From: a virus | Direction: 5' to 3' (one strand) | Virus record (IMG/VR): IMGVR_UViG_3300048591_000348 | Location: 1 to 64,000 of that record | Length of the DNA: 64,000 nucleotides | In this document: in pieces, positions 63,984 to 64,000 of the stretch | How positions within the stretch are numbered: the stretch's first letter is position 1 | Layout of the letters: the number at the start of each line of letters is the position of its first letter | Notes under the pieces: model-generated | The model's input: only the letters and a program-made list of their open reading frames with translations | Databases searched by the model: none | What the model was told of the DNA's origin: nothing | Translations under genes and position numbers: made by a program

Positions 63984-64000
63984 GTGTTGTGTTCCTAGAT

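Noticed and set aside
1-64000. Reverse transcriptase/DGR, retron, invertible tail-fibre cassette, full CtrA boxes
   Set aside because: No RT motifs, TR/VR pair or invertase was seen, and no TTAA-N7-TTAA was noticed in the intergenic regions inspected by eye

Overview
The whole window is a temperate tailed phage of an alphaproteobacterium. The porin N-terminus, GcrA, GapR, alpha-type LexA boxes and the tRNA-Arg(CCG) att core suggest a Hyphomicrobiales host. The phage appears excised or free: an intact attP (3' half of tRNA-Arg(CCG), 59336-59383) follows the integrase, with phage genes on both sides. Layout: (1) 1-24.5 kb, minus-strand podovirus-like late operon with TerS, TerL, tail fibre and chaperone, portal, scaffold, major capsid, adaptor, nozzle, ejection proteins and a large SLT-domain virion protein running off the window start. 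(2) 25-30 kb, a plus-strand accessory island: a LexA-box promoter drives about 8 small ORFs, each separated by stem-loops. (3) 30-49 kb, minus-strand middle/replication region with three DNA methyltransferases (one apparently split over two overlapping frames), a complete IS605 (tnpA/tnpB), an HNH, a porin, homologues of GcrA, GapR, DnaA domain IV and the LexA DNA-binding domain, and an iteron-bearing initiator. (4) 49-51.6 kb, an immunity region with two CI-like repressors that appear non-cleavable, and two operator families. (5) 51.6-59.3 kb, recombination, xis and int operon. (6) attP, MazG-like and NYN-like genes and the lysis cassette. The best candidates for new biology are the SOS-gated hairpin-punctuated small-gene array with the dual repressors, the set of host-regulator mimics, and an unnamed domain present both free and fused to a KdpD-type 4TM module. 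All calls are by-eye motif recognition; no searches were run.
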